This document shows positions 42,453-51,739 of a stretch of 64,000 nt of DNA, piece after piece. A program made the translations under genes and the position numbers. Positions within the stretch are counted from its first letter, which is position 1, and the number at the start of each line of letters is the position of its first letter. Location: positions 32,001 to 96,000 of the forward strand of contig JAFATB010000022.1 in assembly GCA_019244185.1 (NCBI GenBank). Direction: 5' to 3'. Source of the stretch: Acidobacteriota bacterium (GTDB taxonomy: Bacteria > Acidobacteriota > Thermoanaerobaculia > Gp7-AA8). The notes under the pieces are model-generated. The model was not told the origin of the DNA, did no database searches, and saw nothing but the letters and a program-made list of their open reading frames with translations.

Positions 42453-42840
42453 GATCGACGTCGCCGCTCATGCCCGTGAGCGAAAGCATGAACGCGGAGA
42501 GCGTCGGCTCGTGGCCGACAAAGTACGCGGCCGGTTCCTTGACGTCGTGCAGGAACTCACGGAACGCATCGGGATCGCTGCCCGGCACGAGCGCATCCGT
42601 GATGTAAAACGCGAGCTTGCCGCCGTATGCCTCCGCCACCCACGCCCCCGTCTCCCGCGCGCGCACCAGCGGGCTGCTGTAGATCGCCTCGGCCTCGGGG
42701 ACGAGGCGCGCGAGCGTCTTCGCGATCTCCTGCATCTTGGCGTTGCCTTCCGCCGTGAGACGGCGTTCGGCATCGGCCTTGTGGCCTTTGTCTTCGGCGA
42801 TGCCGTGGCGGAGGAGGATGAGCAGTCCGTCGCGTTTCAT
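42364..42840 (-). CDS. sixA: SixA-like histidine phosphatase
   Basis: ATG at 42840 overlaps the patatin stop; LLRHGIAE, RRLTAEG, SSPLVRARET, VGHEP, LKKGG. Confidence 0.85.
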   Translation of the reverse strand: MKRDGLLILLRHGIAEDKGHKADAERRLTAEGNAKMQEIAKTLARLVPEAEAIYSSPLVRARETGAWVAEAYGGKLAFYITDALVPGSDPDAFREFLHDVKEPAAYFVGHEPTLSAFMLSLTGMSGDVDLKKGGCYGLRWSGRHASLEWMLPPRLMRG

Positions 42841-45800
42841 GACGTCTTGATCGTCTCGTCGGCCGCGGTGATGAGGCCGCAGAGCGTCATGTCCTTCGCG
42901 TACGCGGCGATCTGGTCGACCGCGTACAGGCCGAGGCGGCGGTAGCTCTCGAACTGCGACTCGCTGAAGAACTGATCGCCGGTGGTCTCGTGCGGGAACG
43001 TCGGCGAATTCATGGCGTAGTTCAGCACATCGCGCGGTCCTTTCTTGTAGACCACCGGCTTGATGTAGAGCAGGCGGCCGTTCTCCGCGTCCTCGCCGTC
43101 GACCGCTTTGTAGTTGATGGTGCCGACCGCGCAGTATTTCTCCGGCGTCCGCTTCTTCTTGTCGGGCGGGATGATGCCGATGTCGTCGATGTCGATCGGC
43201 ACGCCGAGGTCGATGCGGATCTTGCGCAGCGCGTTGCCGAGATCGTCGTAGATGTACTTCGGATCGGCGCCCGCGTCGGTGACGACGATGCAGTGGCAGC
43301 GGCGCAGCACCATCTCGTAGATGCCGAGGTTCTCGAAGTGACCGCCGTCGGAGAGGTAGACGTAGCCGTACGTGTCGTCGGAGTTGCCCGTCGCCTCGCG
43401 CAGGAACGGGATGATCGACGAGCGCGGGTTCCGGCGGCGATACGTTTCGAGCGGTCCGTTGCCGGCCAGACCGGGATTGCCGAGCCACCAGCCGAGGCGG
43501 ACGTTGAAGAGCGTCATGAGGAACGCGAGCGCCGGCGACGAGTGGTAGCCCATGTTCGGGCTCGCGGCCGCGCCGGAGATCGTGACCGCGGTGCCGAGCG
43601 AGATCTCGCCGTAGTCGCGCGTGTCGCGGTAGCCGAGGTTGCGGTTGCCCGAGGCGAGCGGCGACACGGTCATCGATTCGGCCTTGCGTTCCTGCCACGC
43701 GAGGTCGGCGCCACTGGTGAGATTGAGCGTGACGTTGATGACGTGCATCGGGCGCGCGTTCGCGAGCGGCTTGAGCGTCCCCGGGAACTTCGCCTCGATG
43801 CGCAGGCGGTTGTCGAGCATGCGATGCACGCCGTCGATCGTGCTCCACGTGAACGGCCGCGCGTCGACGGTGAGGCCGCTGAACGCGGGATCGGTGGCCA
43901 GCGTTTTCGTGGCGATGATCTCGTTCACTTCGCCGAGGAGCGTGAGGCCCGCCTGCGCGAGGAACTGCGCGGCGGGGACGAGGAGATCGTCGGCGCAGAG
44001 CAGCGGCATCGGCGACGGATAGAGGGCGTCGTCGAACGCTTTCTCGATGAAGCGGCGGTTGCGCAGCGGGCGCTGCGCGCGATCGGCGGCGGGCGTTTTC
44101 GGATCGAACTCGCGCGGCAGATCGCGCGTGGCGATGAGCGCATTCAGCGATTGCGAGACAGCGCGCGCCCGCGCCTCGGTCGTCGCCGGCACGTCGGCCA
44201 GCTGCTCTTTCTTCGCCGCCCAGAGAAACGCGAGACGCGTTCCGGCCGCCGCGTTTTTCAGCGCGAGGTACGCGCCGTCGGCGTCGCGGAAGCTGTACAC
44301 CCAGATGTACTCCGGACGGAGGTCGTGCATCTCGAGGTTGTCGTCGGCGTCGAAGCCGGTGAAGGCGTTCGGACGCCGGCTCCAGCGCGAGGCGCCGAGG
44401 TACGCGCGCACGAGGCGGTTGCGATACATCGCGTGCATCGAGAAGACGTTCACGCCGATGAAGCGCGAGATCAGCAGCGCGACCGATGGCAGCCCGAGCA
44501 CGAGCAGCAGCAGCGCCCACGGATCGCTGTTCTGCACGAGGCGGAGGTGTTCGAGCGAGCGGACGCGCGGCACGTTCGCAACCGGCTTCTCGACGATCTT
44601 GGCGGGCAGCTTCGCGACGTTCGCGATGTACGTGCGCGACGCGGCGTCGGCGCGGCGCACGTCGGCCGAGATCGCGCTCGCGTCGACCGGCTTGAATTCC
44701 GGAAACGTTTTCTGCAGCGCCCACGTGGTGCCGGTGGAGATGAGCGCCAGGATCCAGAGGACGAACAGCGGCACGGCGATGGCGAGGCCGAGATTCATCG
44801 CCGTCGACGACGCGGACGCGTCCTCTTTCGACTGGCCGGCGTTCGTCTTCGAGCTGCGGCCGGCGAGGAGCGAGAAGAGGCCCGCGCCGCCGCCCGCGGC
44901 GGAGAGGAGCTTCGGCAGGTGATGGATCGCGACCGGGCCGTAGATCGCGACCGCGCAGAGCACGGCCCAGCCGATGCCGCCGATGAGCACCCAACCGCAC
45001 GCGCGCGCCCACCACTCGCGATCGAAATCGTGGTTCTGCTGGCTGGCGATGCCGACGAAGAGCGCGCATTGGAGAAACAGCACGCAGATGACGAGCGGCA
45101 CGGCGAAGCAGACGTACATCGCCGTCGCGGCGCTGAGCGTGCCAGCGTCGTTGATCGGCCAGCGCACGGCGTCGACGAGCTTCGTCGGCGCGAGCGGATC
45201 ATCGAAGAGGCGCGTGAGCCGCCAGCCGAGGAGGCCGCCGAGCGCGCCCGCGGCGAGCGCCGCGGCAAGCTCGAGGGAGAGCCGGAGCAGCCTGGGCCGC
45301 TTGGGGGTGATCGAATCGCGGCGCGCGGCGACGGCCACACTGAAGTAGCGCGCGAAGAAGACGCCCCACGCGACGAGACAGAGCGCGACGCTGGCGACGA
45401 AGAACCAGCGCGGGCCGAGCTGCCTGCCGGGATTGGCGGCGAGATACCACGCCCACGCGAGCATCAGCGCGAACGTGCCGGCGAGGAACGGCGCGAGGCA
45501 GCGCAGGATGAAGCTGCCGTCCGTCAGCGCGCTCTTCTTCTCCGACGCCGTATCGGCGATCGGCCGTTTCCCCACCTGATACAGCAGCGCCTCGGCGAGC
45601 AGCAGCATGCCCAGGATCGTGACGAACTTCGTGCTCGACACGCCGCCGACGTCCACCGCCGGATGCCTCACCGCGGCGACGACGAGGCGCGGGATCGCGA
45701 GCACGCCGGCGAGCAGCGGGATCAGCACGATCCAGTTCAGCAGCAGGTTGCGCAGATACGTGGCGACGAGCGCCCACGTGTCGGCGGAGAGGATGCCGAG

Positions 45801-46595
45801 CTTCGGCGTGAGGTAGTTGCTGTACGCGCGCAGGTGGCGCAGCGGCAGCGGCTCGGGTTGGAGGCGATCGGCCGGCGCGGCCGTGAGCATCGCCGAGATG
45901 CCGCGGATGCCCCACGGATCGCGGCGCATCCACGACGAGAGCCAGCTGCCGATGTAGCCGCCGCCGGAGACGGTGGAGACGAAGTCGAACTGTTCGAGAA
46001 GGCCGCGTTTCGCGAGCCCCTGCATCACGCCGAGCGCGAACGTTGCGCTGCGGATGCCGCCGCCGGAGATCGACAGCGCGGTGCGCAGTTTCTTCTCCTC
46101 CCGCGCGCGTTTGTGGATGCGCGCGACGACGGTGGCGTAATGCGCGTCGGCGGCCGAGCGCGTGGCGCCGTCGAACAGCAGATCGAACATCTGCCGGTTG
46201 ACGTTGTAAACCTCGTGCGCGTCGTAGTCGCCCGCGTCGCCGGTGCCGTCGTACGGCGCCTTCTTCGCCGAGGCGAAGGCGGGGTGTTCGAAGAGCCAGC
46301 GGCGCGTCTTGCCGTCCTCCGGCGCGAGCGTGTCGAGGATCGCGTTCACCTCCTCGGCGACCGACTTGCGGTCCTTCGGATCGTAGCCTTTGAGGTTGCG
46401 CCAGTTCGCGAAGACGGGCGGGACGTCCTGCTTCGCGTCGAGGAAGCGTTCGGAGAGCCGGCGTGCGAGGTCGCGCGCGTCGGCGACGTCGTCCATCGTC
46501 AGCGTCCAGCGCGACGGCAGCGGATCGGCGGGACCGTAGAGGCGCACGTACTCCTCGTGCAGGATGTCGCCGAGCGACATCGGAAGCGAAGCCAT
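42837..46595 (-). CDS. multi-TM patatin/cPLA2-like phospholipase
   Basis: SGGGIRSA oxyanion motif, STVSGGG nucleophile, ISGAAASP, LSDGGHFENLG; many TM helices between the catalytic halves. Confidence 0.85.
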   Translation of the reverse strand: MASLPMSLGDILHEEYVRLYGPADPLPSRWTLTMDDVADARDLARRLSERFLDAKQDVPPVFANWRNLKGYDPKDRKSVAEEVNAILDTLAPEDGKTRRWLFEHPAFASAKKAPYDGTGDAGDYDAHEVYNVNRQMFDLLFDGATRSAADAHYATVVARIHKRAREEKKLRTALSISGGGIRSATFALGVMQGLAKRGLLEQFDFVSTVSGGGYIGSWLSSWMRRDPWGIRGISAMLTAAPADRLQPEPLPLRHLRAYSNYLTPKLGILSADTWALVATYLRNLLLNWIVLIPLLAGVLAIPRLVVAAVRHPAVDVGGVSSTKFVTILGMLLLAEALLYQVGKRPIADTASEKKSALTDGSFILRCLAPFLAGTFALMLAWAWYLAANPGRQLGPRWFFVASVALCLVAWGVFFARYFSVAVAARRDSITPKRPRLLRLSLELAAALAAGALGGLLGWRLTRLFDDPLAPTKLVDAVRWPINDAGTLSAATAMYVCFAVPLVICVLFLQCALFVGIASQQNHDFDREWWARACGWVLIGGIGWAVLCAVAIYGPVAIHHLPKLLSAAGGGAGLFSLLAGRSSKTNAGQSKEDASASSTAMNLGLAIAVPLFVLWILALISTGTTWALQKTFPEFKPVDASAISADVRRADAASRTYIANVAKLPAKIVEKPVANVPRVRSLEHLRLVQNSDPWALLLLVLGLPSVALLISRFIGVNVFSMHAMYRNRLVRAYLGASRWSRRPNAFTGFDADDNLEMHDLRPEYIWVYSFRDADGAYLALKNAAAGTRLAFLWAAKKEQLADVPATTEARARAVSQSLNALIATRDLPREFDPKTPAADRAQRPLRNRRFIEKAFDDALYPSPMPLLCADDLLVPAAQFLAQAGLTLLGEVNEIIATKTLATDPAFSGLTVDARPFTWSTIDGVHRMLDNRLRIEAKFPGTLKPLANARPMHVINVTLNLTSGADLAWQERKAESMTVSPLASGNRNLGYRDTRDYGEISLGTAVTISGAAASPNMGYHSSPALAFLMTLFNVRLGWWLGNPGLAGNGPLETYRRRNPRSSIIPFLREATGNSDDTYGYVYLSDGGHFENLGIYEMVLRRCHCIVVTDAGADPKYIYDDLGNALRKIRIDLGVPIDIDDIGIIPPDKKKRTPEKYCAVGTINYKAVDGEDAENGRLLYIKPVVYKKGPRDVLNYAMNSPTFPHETTGDQFFSESQFESYRRLGLYAVDQIAAYAKDMTLCGLITAADETIKTS

Positions 46596-46652
46596 GAATT
46601 GTCCCCCTTGCTCGTTAGGAGTGCCGTGGCGGAGGGTTTCCCTACCGCCGGG

Positions 46653-49202
46653 TCATGAACTCACGGTAACGCTTTCCGACTCGCGCGCGAGCGCGAGCGC
46701 GCGGCGGAATGCGCCGGCGAGCGTGCCGACGTCGCGGGCGAGCAGCGACTCGTGATCGCCGTCGACGTCGTAGATGTCGAGGCGTCCCACGCCGACGCGC
46801 AGCCAGCCGAGGTCGCGCTCGACGCGGGCGGCGCCCATGCCGTGGCGCGCGCGGAACAGCGAGACCGCGCCGCCGTACGGCTGCAGCGTGAAGCCGCGCC
46901 GCGACGACATGTACGTGTTGTTCGCCTGCTGGAGCATGCGCGGGAGGCGGCGGCGCAGCGCTTTCGTCGGCCGCGTCACGGCCTCGCGCGCGTAGTAGAC
47001 GCCGCGTCGCGGATCGCGGCGCAGCATCACGAAGCGGTTGGCGATGCGCTTCCAGACGGACGTGCGCATGTCGCTCGCGCTCGAGTCGATGAGGCCGATG
47101 AATGCGACGCGCTCGCCGGCGCGCTCCATCTGCCGCGCGACCTCGTAGGCGAGCTGGCCGCCGACGGAGTAGCCGGCGAGAAAGTACGGGCCGTGCGGCT
47201 GGATGGCGCGGATCGCGTCGCCGTAGACGGCGGCGATCGCGGCGTAGGTCACGGGGAACACGCCGCGCGCGAAGCCGTGATGCTGCAGTCCCCAGAACGG
47301 CTGCTCGCTGCCGATCTGCGCGGCGAGATCGCGAAAGACCATGACGCTGCCGCCGCCGCCGGAGACGCAGAAGAGCGGCGGCACGGAGTCGCTGCCACGC
47401 TGCACGAGCACGGCCACTCGGTCGGTGACGGTGGTGCCGCGCAGATAGTCGGCCATTTTGCGGATGGTGTTGAGCTCGAGGAGCAGCGAGAGCGCGATCG
47501 CATGTCCCGTGGCGCGCGCGACCTCGGCGACGAGGTGGGCGGCCACGACGCTCTCGCCGCCGTGATCGTTGAAGAAGTCGTCGTCGACGTGCACGGTCGT
47601 GCCGAGGACGCGCGACCACACTTCGACGAGCTGCCGTTCGATGTCGTTCGTCGCGCCGTGATCCTCGCCGGTCTCGCGGTCGTCGCGCGCGGCGAGCGCG
47701 GCGCGGTCGACTTTCGCGTTGCGCGTCATCGGAATCGCATCGAGCGCGTAGATGCGCTGCGGCACCATCCACGACGGCGCGGTCTCGCGCAGCTTGGCGC
47801 GGATCGCGCGCGCGTCGCAACGCTTGCCGTCGCGCATGACCACGTACGCGACGAGCCGCTGCTCGCCTTCCTCGTCCGTCTTGCCGACGATCACCGCGTC
47901 GCGGACTTCGCCCGTGGCGATGAGCAGCGCCTCGACCTCGGTCGGATCGATGCGGCGGCCGTGGATCTTGAGGCGCGCATCCTTGCGGCCGACGAAGTAG
48001 TGGAGGCCGCTCGCGTCGCGCTTGGCGAGATCGCCGGTGTAGAACGTGCGGCGCTCCGGATCGTCGGGATGGAAGACGAAGCGCTGCGCGGTGAGCTCGG
48101 GATTCTTCCAGTAGCCGTCCGCGACTTCCTCGCTGCGGACGACGATCTCGCCCGGCTCGCCGTCTGGGACGTCGTTGCCGTCTTCGTCGATGAGGCGCAC
48201 GGCGACGTCGGGATATGGATAGCCCATCGGCACGAGCGGACCGGGGATGGGCGTGTCGTGATCGATGCTCCAGCTGAAGACGCGCCCCGACTCCGTCGAC
48301 GCGAAGCCGAGCGCCAGCACGCAGCCGCGCGGGAAGTACTTTTTGTAGGACTCGACGTCGGCGACCGTGATCTTGTCGGCGCCGACGCGCAGCTTCTTCA
48401 CGCTGGAGACGTCGAGGCTCGGCCCCGACGCCGCGATGAGGCGGCGGAAGAGCGACGGCGTGAGGCTGAGCAGCGTGATGCGCTCGCGGCGGATGTAGTC
48501 GGCGAGCGCGGTGAGGCTCTCGCTGCGCACGTCGAACGCGCACATGGTCGAGCCGGTGAGGAGCGAGCCGAAGATGTTGCTGGCCGCGCGCGTGTAGCCG
48601 GGGAGCGCGGTGTAGCTCGCGCGCTCGCCGGGCGCGCGTCCCCAGCGCCGCGACTGCAGCGTCGTTTTTTCGACGAATCTCCGGTGAGACGTCAGGATGC
48701 CTTTCGGCTTCCCCGTCGTTCCGGAGGTGTAGATGACGTAGACGAACGGATGCGGCGCGCGCGCAGGAGGTTTGGCGGTGAGCTCGCGTGAGAAGGGACG
48801 AAGCGTGGCGAAGGGCAGCGCGCGCGCGGACGCCGGCGCGATGAACTCGTCGTCGACCAGACAGGCGCCCGCGTCGGATTCGCGGAGGAGCAGCGCCACG
48901 CGCTCGTCGGGATCGGACGCGTCGATCATCACGAAGAAGTGTCCCGCCTTCACCACCGCCATCGCCGCGGGGACGAGGCTGATGCTGTCGCTCGTGACGA
49001 TGGCCACGGGTCGATCGACCGGCGCGTTCAGCGCGGCGAGATCGGCGGCGATGGCATCGGACCAGCGGTCGATCTCCACGTACGTGTAGACGCGGTTGCC
49101 GGCGGTGAGCGCGGGCGCGTCGGGCGCGGCGTCGACGACCTCGCGGAAGCGCTGCGTGATGGTGACTTCACTGGGCATCGTGTTCACGGACATCGCGTTC
49201 AC
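46653..49202 (-). CDS. stand-alone NRPS-like A-T-TE protein (start 49202 GTG or 49193 ATG)
   Basis: YTSGTTGKPKG, FYTGDL, RLKIHGRRID, NAKVDR; carrier motif FFNDHGGES; TE GYSVGG...GDH. Confidence 0.85.
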   Translation of the reverse strand: MNAMSVNTMPSEVTITQRFREVVDAAPDAPALTAGNRVYTYVEIDRWSDAIAADLAALNAPVDRPVAIVTSDSISLVPAAMAVVKAGHFFVMIDASDPDERVALLLRESDAGACLVDDEFIAPASARALPFATLRPFSRELTAKPPARAPHPFVYVIYTSGTTGKPKGILTSHRRFVEKTTLQSRRWGRAPGERASYTALPGYTRAASNIFGSLLTGSTMCAFDVRSESLTALADYIRRERITLLSLTPSLFRRLIAASGPSLDVSSVKKLRVGADKITVADVESYKKYFPRGCVLALGFASTESGRVFSWSIDHDTPIPGPLVPMGYPYPDVAVRLIDEDGNDVPDGEPGEIVVRSEEVADGYWKNPELTAQRFVFHPDDPERRTFYTGDLAKRDASGLHYFVGRKDARLKIHGRRIDPTEVEALLIATGEVRDAVIVGKTDEEGEQRLVAYVVMRDGKRCDARAIRAKLRETAPSWMVPQRIYALDAIPMTRNAKVDRAALAARDDRETGEDHGATNDIERQLVEVWSRVLGTTVHVDDDFFNDHGGESVVAAHLVAEVARATGHAIALSLLLELNTIRKMADYLRGTTVTDRVAVLVQRGSDSVPPLFCVSGGGGSVMVFRDLAAQIGSEQPFWGLQHHGFARGVFPVTYAAIAAVYGDAIRAIQPHGPYFLAGYSVGGQLAYEVARQMERAGERVAFIGLIDSSASDMRTSVWKRIANRFVMLRRDPRRGVYYAREAVTRPTKALRRRLPRMLQQANNTYMSSRRGFTLQPYGGAVSLFRARHGMGAARVERDLGWLRVGVGRLDIYDVDGDHESLLARDVGTLAGAFRRALALARESESVTVSS

Positions 49203-49957
49203 TCTCTCATCTGCCACGGCGCGACGCGCTGTAGCAGCCATTGAATGGTGGCGTTGATGGTGATCCCGATCAGCGAGCAGACGATCACGCCGACGTACAG
49301 ATTCTCGATCCGCATCGTCTGCCACGCCAGCCAGATGATCGACCCGATCCCGCGCGTTGTCACGGTGAATTCGATGGCGATGGTCACCAGCAAGCCGATA
49401 TTCGCGGCGATGCGCACGCCGCTCAGGATCATCGGCAGGCTGCCCGGCAGCAGCACGTGGCGGAACAGCGCCATGCGACTGCCGCCGTAGCTGCGCACCA
49501 CTTCGAAGTAGAGCGGCGAGATGTCGCGCGCGCCCGCGGCGGCGTTGATCAGCGTCGGGAAGAAGACCGTCAGCGCGATCGCGGCGAGCGTCGACCATTC
49601 CGAAACGCCGAAGATCACGATGAAAAGCGGGAAGAGAACGATCTTCGGAATCGGATGCAGCGCGGCCAGGAACGGATCGGCGATGCGGCGCATGCGCGGC
49701 GACCAGCCGACGATGAGGCCGAAGACGATGCCGGGGATGCCTCCGAGCATCGCGCCGCCGAGAAAGCGCATCAGCGTGAGCGAGACATTCTCGAGCAGAT
49801 CCTCGCGCCACAGGCGCGGGAACCCGGCCAGGATGCGCGTCGGCGGCGGGAAGATGGTCGACGAGATCCACTCGTTGCGCGCGGCCAGCTCCCACGCCGC
49901 GAACAGCACGACGGCGATGGCGGCGGCGATGGCGCGGTCTTTCGCGGTCGGCTTCAT
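49199..49957 (-). CDS. NitT/TauT ABC transporter permease
   Basis: ATG at 49957 overlaps the ATPase stop; HPIPKIVLFPLF, EVVRSYGGS...VLLPGSLP. Confidence 0.9.
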   Translation of the reverse strand: MKPTAKDRAIAAAIAVVLFAAWELAARNEWISSTIFPPPTRILAGFPRLWREDLLENVSLTLMRFLGGAMLGGIPGIVFGLIVGWSPRMRRIADPFLAALHPIPKIVLFPLFIVIFGVSEWSTLAAIALTVFFPTLINAAAGARDISPLYFEVVRSYGGSRMALFRHVLLPGSLPMILSGVRIAANIGLLVTIAIEFTVTTRGIGSIIWLAWQTMRIENLYVGVIVCSLIGITINATIQWLLQRVAPWQMRE

Positions 49958-50727
49958 TGCGGCACCCACAGGCTCTGCCGCACTTCCTCTTCGAGGATGT
50001 CCCAGATGCGGCGGCGGATGTCCGCGGCGTCGCGCGTGTCGAGCACGCCGAGGTCGCGCGGCCGCGCGAACGGCACGCGGATCTCTTCGCGGATGCGGCC
50101 GGGGCGTCCGCTCATCACGAGAATGCGATCGCTGAGCAGGATCGCTTCCTCGATGTCGTGCGTCACGTGCACGACCAGCTTCCGGTGCTCCTGCCAGATG
50201 CGCAGCAGCTCCTGCTGCAGCACGAGCTTCGTCTGCGCGTCGAGCGATCCGAACGGCTCGTCGAGCAGGAGGATCTGCGGATCGGCGACGAACGCGCGGG
50301 CGATCCCGACGCGCTGGCGCATGCCGATCGACAGCTCGTGCGGATGGTGCCGCAGGAAGCGCTCCAGCCCGACCTGCACGATGAAGTGCCGCGCGCGCTC
50401 GCGCGCCTCGGCGCGACCGACGTCCTGAAAGCGCAGGCCGAGGGCGACGTTCTCGTGCACGTCGTACCACGGAAGAAGACCGTGGTCCTGAAAGACGAGC
50501 GACGTGCGCAGCCGCGCGCCGGCCGGATCGTCGAACGCGACGCGCCCCGCGCTCGGCGCGATGAGTCCCGCGATGATCTTGAGGAGCGTGGTCTTGCCGC
50601 AGCCGCTCGGGCCGACGATGGTGAGGAACTCCGCGCCGCGCGCGGCGAAGCTCACGCCGGCCAGCGCGGGAGTTGCGCGGCGGTCGTGGCCGTAGGCTTT
50701 CGCAACCTCATGGAGCGCGAAGCTCAT
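49954..50727 (-). CDS. NitT/TauT ABC transporter ATP-binding protein
   Basis: GPSGCGKT, LSIGMRQR, LLLDEPF, VTHD. Confidence 0.93.
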   Translation of the reverse strand: MSFALHEVAKAYGHDRRATPALAGVSFAARGAEFLTIVGPSGCGKTTLLKIIAGLIAPSAGRVAFDDPAGARLRTSLVFQDHGLLPWYDVHENVALGLRFQDVGRAEARERARHFIVQVGLERFLRHHPHELSIGMRQRVGIARAFVADPQILLLDEPFGSLDAQTKLVLQQELLRIWQEHRKLVVHVTHDIEEAILLSDRILVMSGRPGRIREEIRVPFARPRDLGVLDTRDAADIRRRIWDILEEEVRQSLWVPQ

Positions 50728-50737
50728 GCAGCCGGCG

Positions 50738-51739
50738 TCAGTGCGCCGCCACCGCCGCGTCGATGTAGCTCGGGTTCCACCAGCGCGACGCCGGGACGTC
50801 CGCGTCGAGGTAGCTGTTCTTCCGCGACCACGCCAGGAAATCGTTCATGGCCGGCACGGAGACGCGCGCGTCGTTCGCGATCGGCTGCCAGCACGCGCGG
50901 CGGATGATGTCCGGCGGCAGCTTCGTGTAGCGGGCCATGATGGCCACGTTGCGGTCGGTCTTGCCCTCGTTGTACTTGCGCGCGCCGCGCAGATACGCGC
51001 GCATGAAGCGGCGCCCGAGCTCCGGATCGTCGTTGAGGAGGCGCTTGCCGAAGAGGATGACGCCGAACTGCACGCCCGGCGCGACCTCGTCCATGCGCGC
51101 GACGACTTTCGAGACGCCCGCGGCGACGTTGTTGCTGAGCGTAGGCTCCTGCGTGTAGCGAATCGCGTCGATCTGCTTGCTGTGCGAGCGGAAGTACTCG
51201 GCGTTTCCGCCGACGCCCTGCGGCAGCTGCGCGAACTCGACGTCGTTGCGCGTGAGGTGCTCGTGCGCGAGGAGGCGGTCGATGAGGTACTCGGTGATGC
51301 CGCCGCGGATGATGGCGAAGCGCTCGCCTTTGAAGCTCTTCGTGCGCGCGATGCGCTCCGCCGTCTCCGGTGTCGCCGCGAACGCCTCCGCCGAGCAGCG
51401 CCCCGGCTCCGCGTGGCCGCGGTCGGCGACGATCTGCATCGGGACGCCTTTGGCCATGAGGTTGAAGAGCCCCGAGCGCACCGGCGTCGACAGCACGTCC
51501 ACTTTGCCGGTGGTCAGCGCGACGAGCGCGGAGTTGACGTCGAGCGGCACGAACTCGACGCGGATGCCCTCGGCCGCGAAGTAGCCTTCGTCGTTCGCGA
51601 CCATCAGCGGACCGTAGCCGAGGTTCGGATTCAGGTTCATGCGCAGCGTGGCCATCGCGGGGCGCTGCGCGGGCTGCTCGTGCCGGCACGCGACAGCGGC
51701 GGCGACCACGAGCAACGCGCCGAGGAGAATGCGTTTCAA
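50738..51739 (-). CDS. NitT/TauT ABC substrate-binding lipoprotein
   Basis: TTG at 51739 overlaps the receptor stop; lipobox AAVAC; GYFAAEGIRVEFV, QEP, RFMRAYLRG. Confidence 0.85.
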   Translation of the reverse strand: MKRILLGALLVVAAAVACRHEQPAQRPAMATLRMNLNPNLGYGPLMVANDEGYFAAEGIRVEFVPLDVNSALVALTTGKVDVLSTPVRSGLFNLMAKGVPMQIVADRGHAEPGRCSAEAFAATPETAERIARTKSFKGERFAIIRGGITEYLIDRLLAHEHLTRNDVEFAQLPQGVGGNAEYFRSHSKQIDAIRYTQEPTLSNNVAAGVSKVVARMDEVAPGVQFGVILFGKRLLNDDPELGRRFMRAYLRGARKYNEGKTDRNVAIMARYTKLPPDIIRRACWQPIANDARVSVPAMNDFLAWSRKNSYLDADVPASRWWNPSYIDAAVAAH

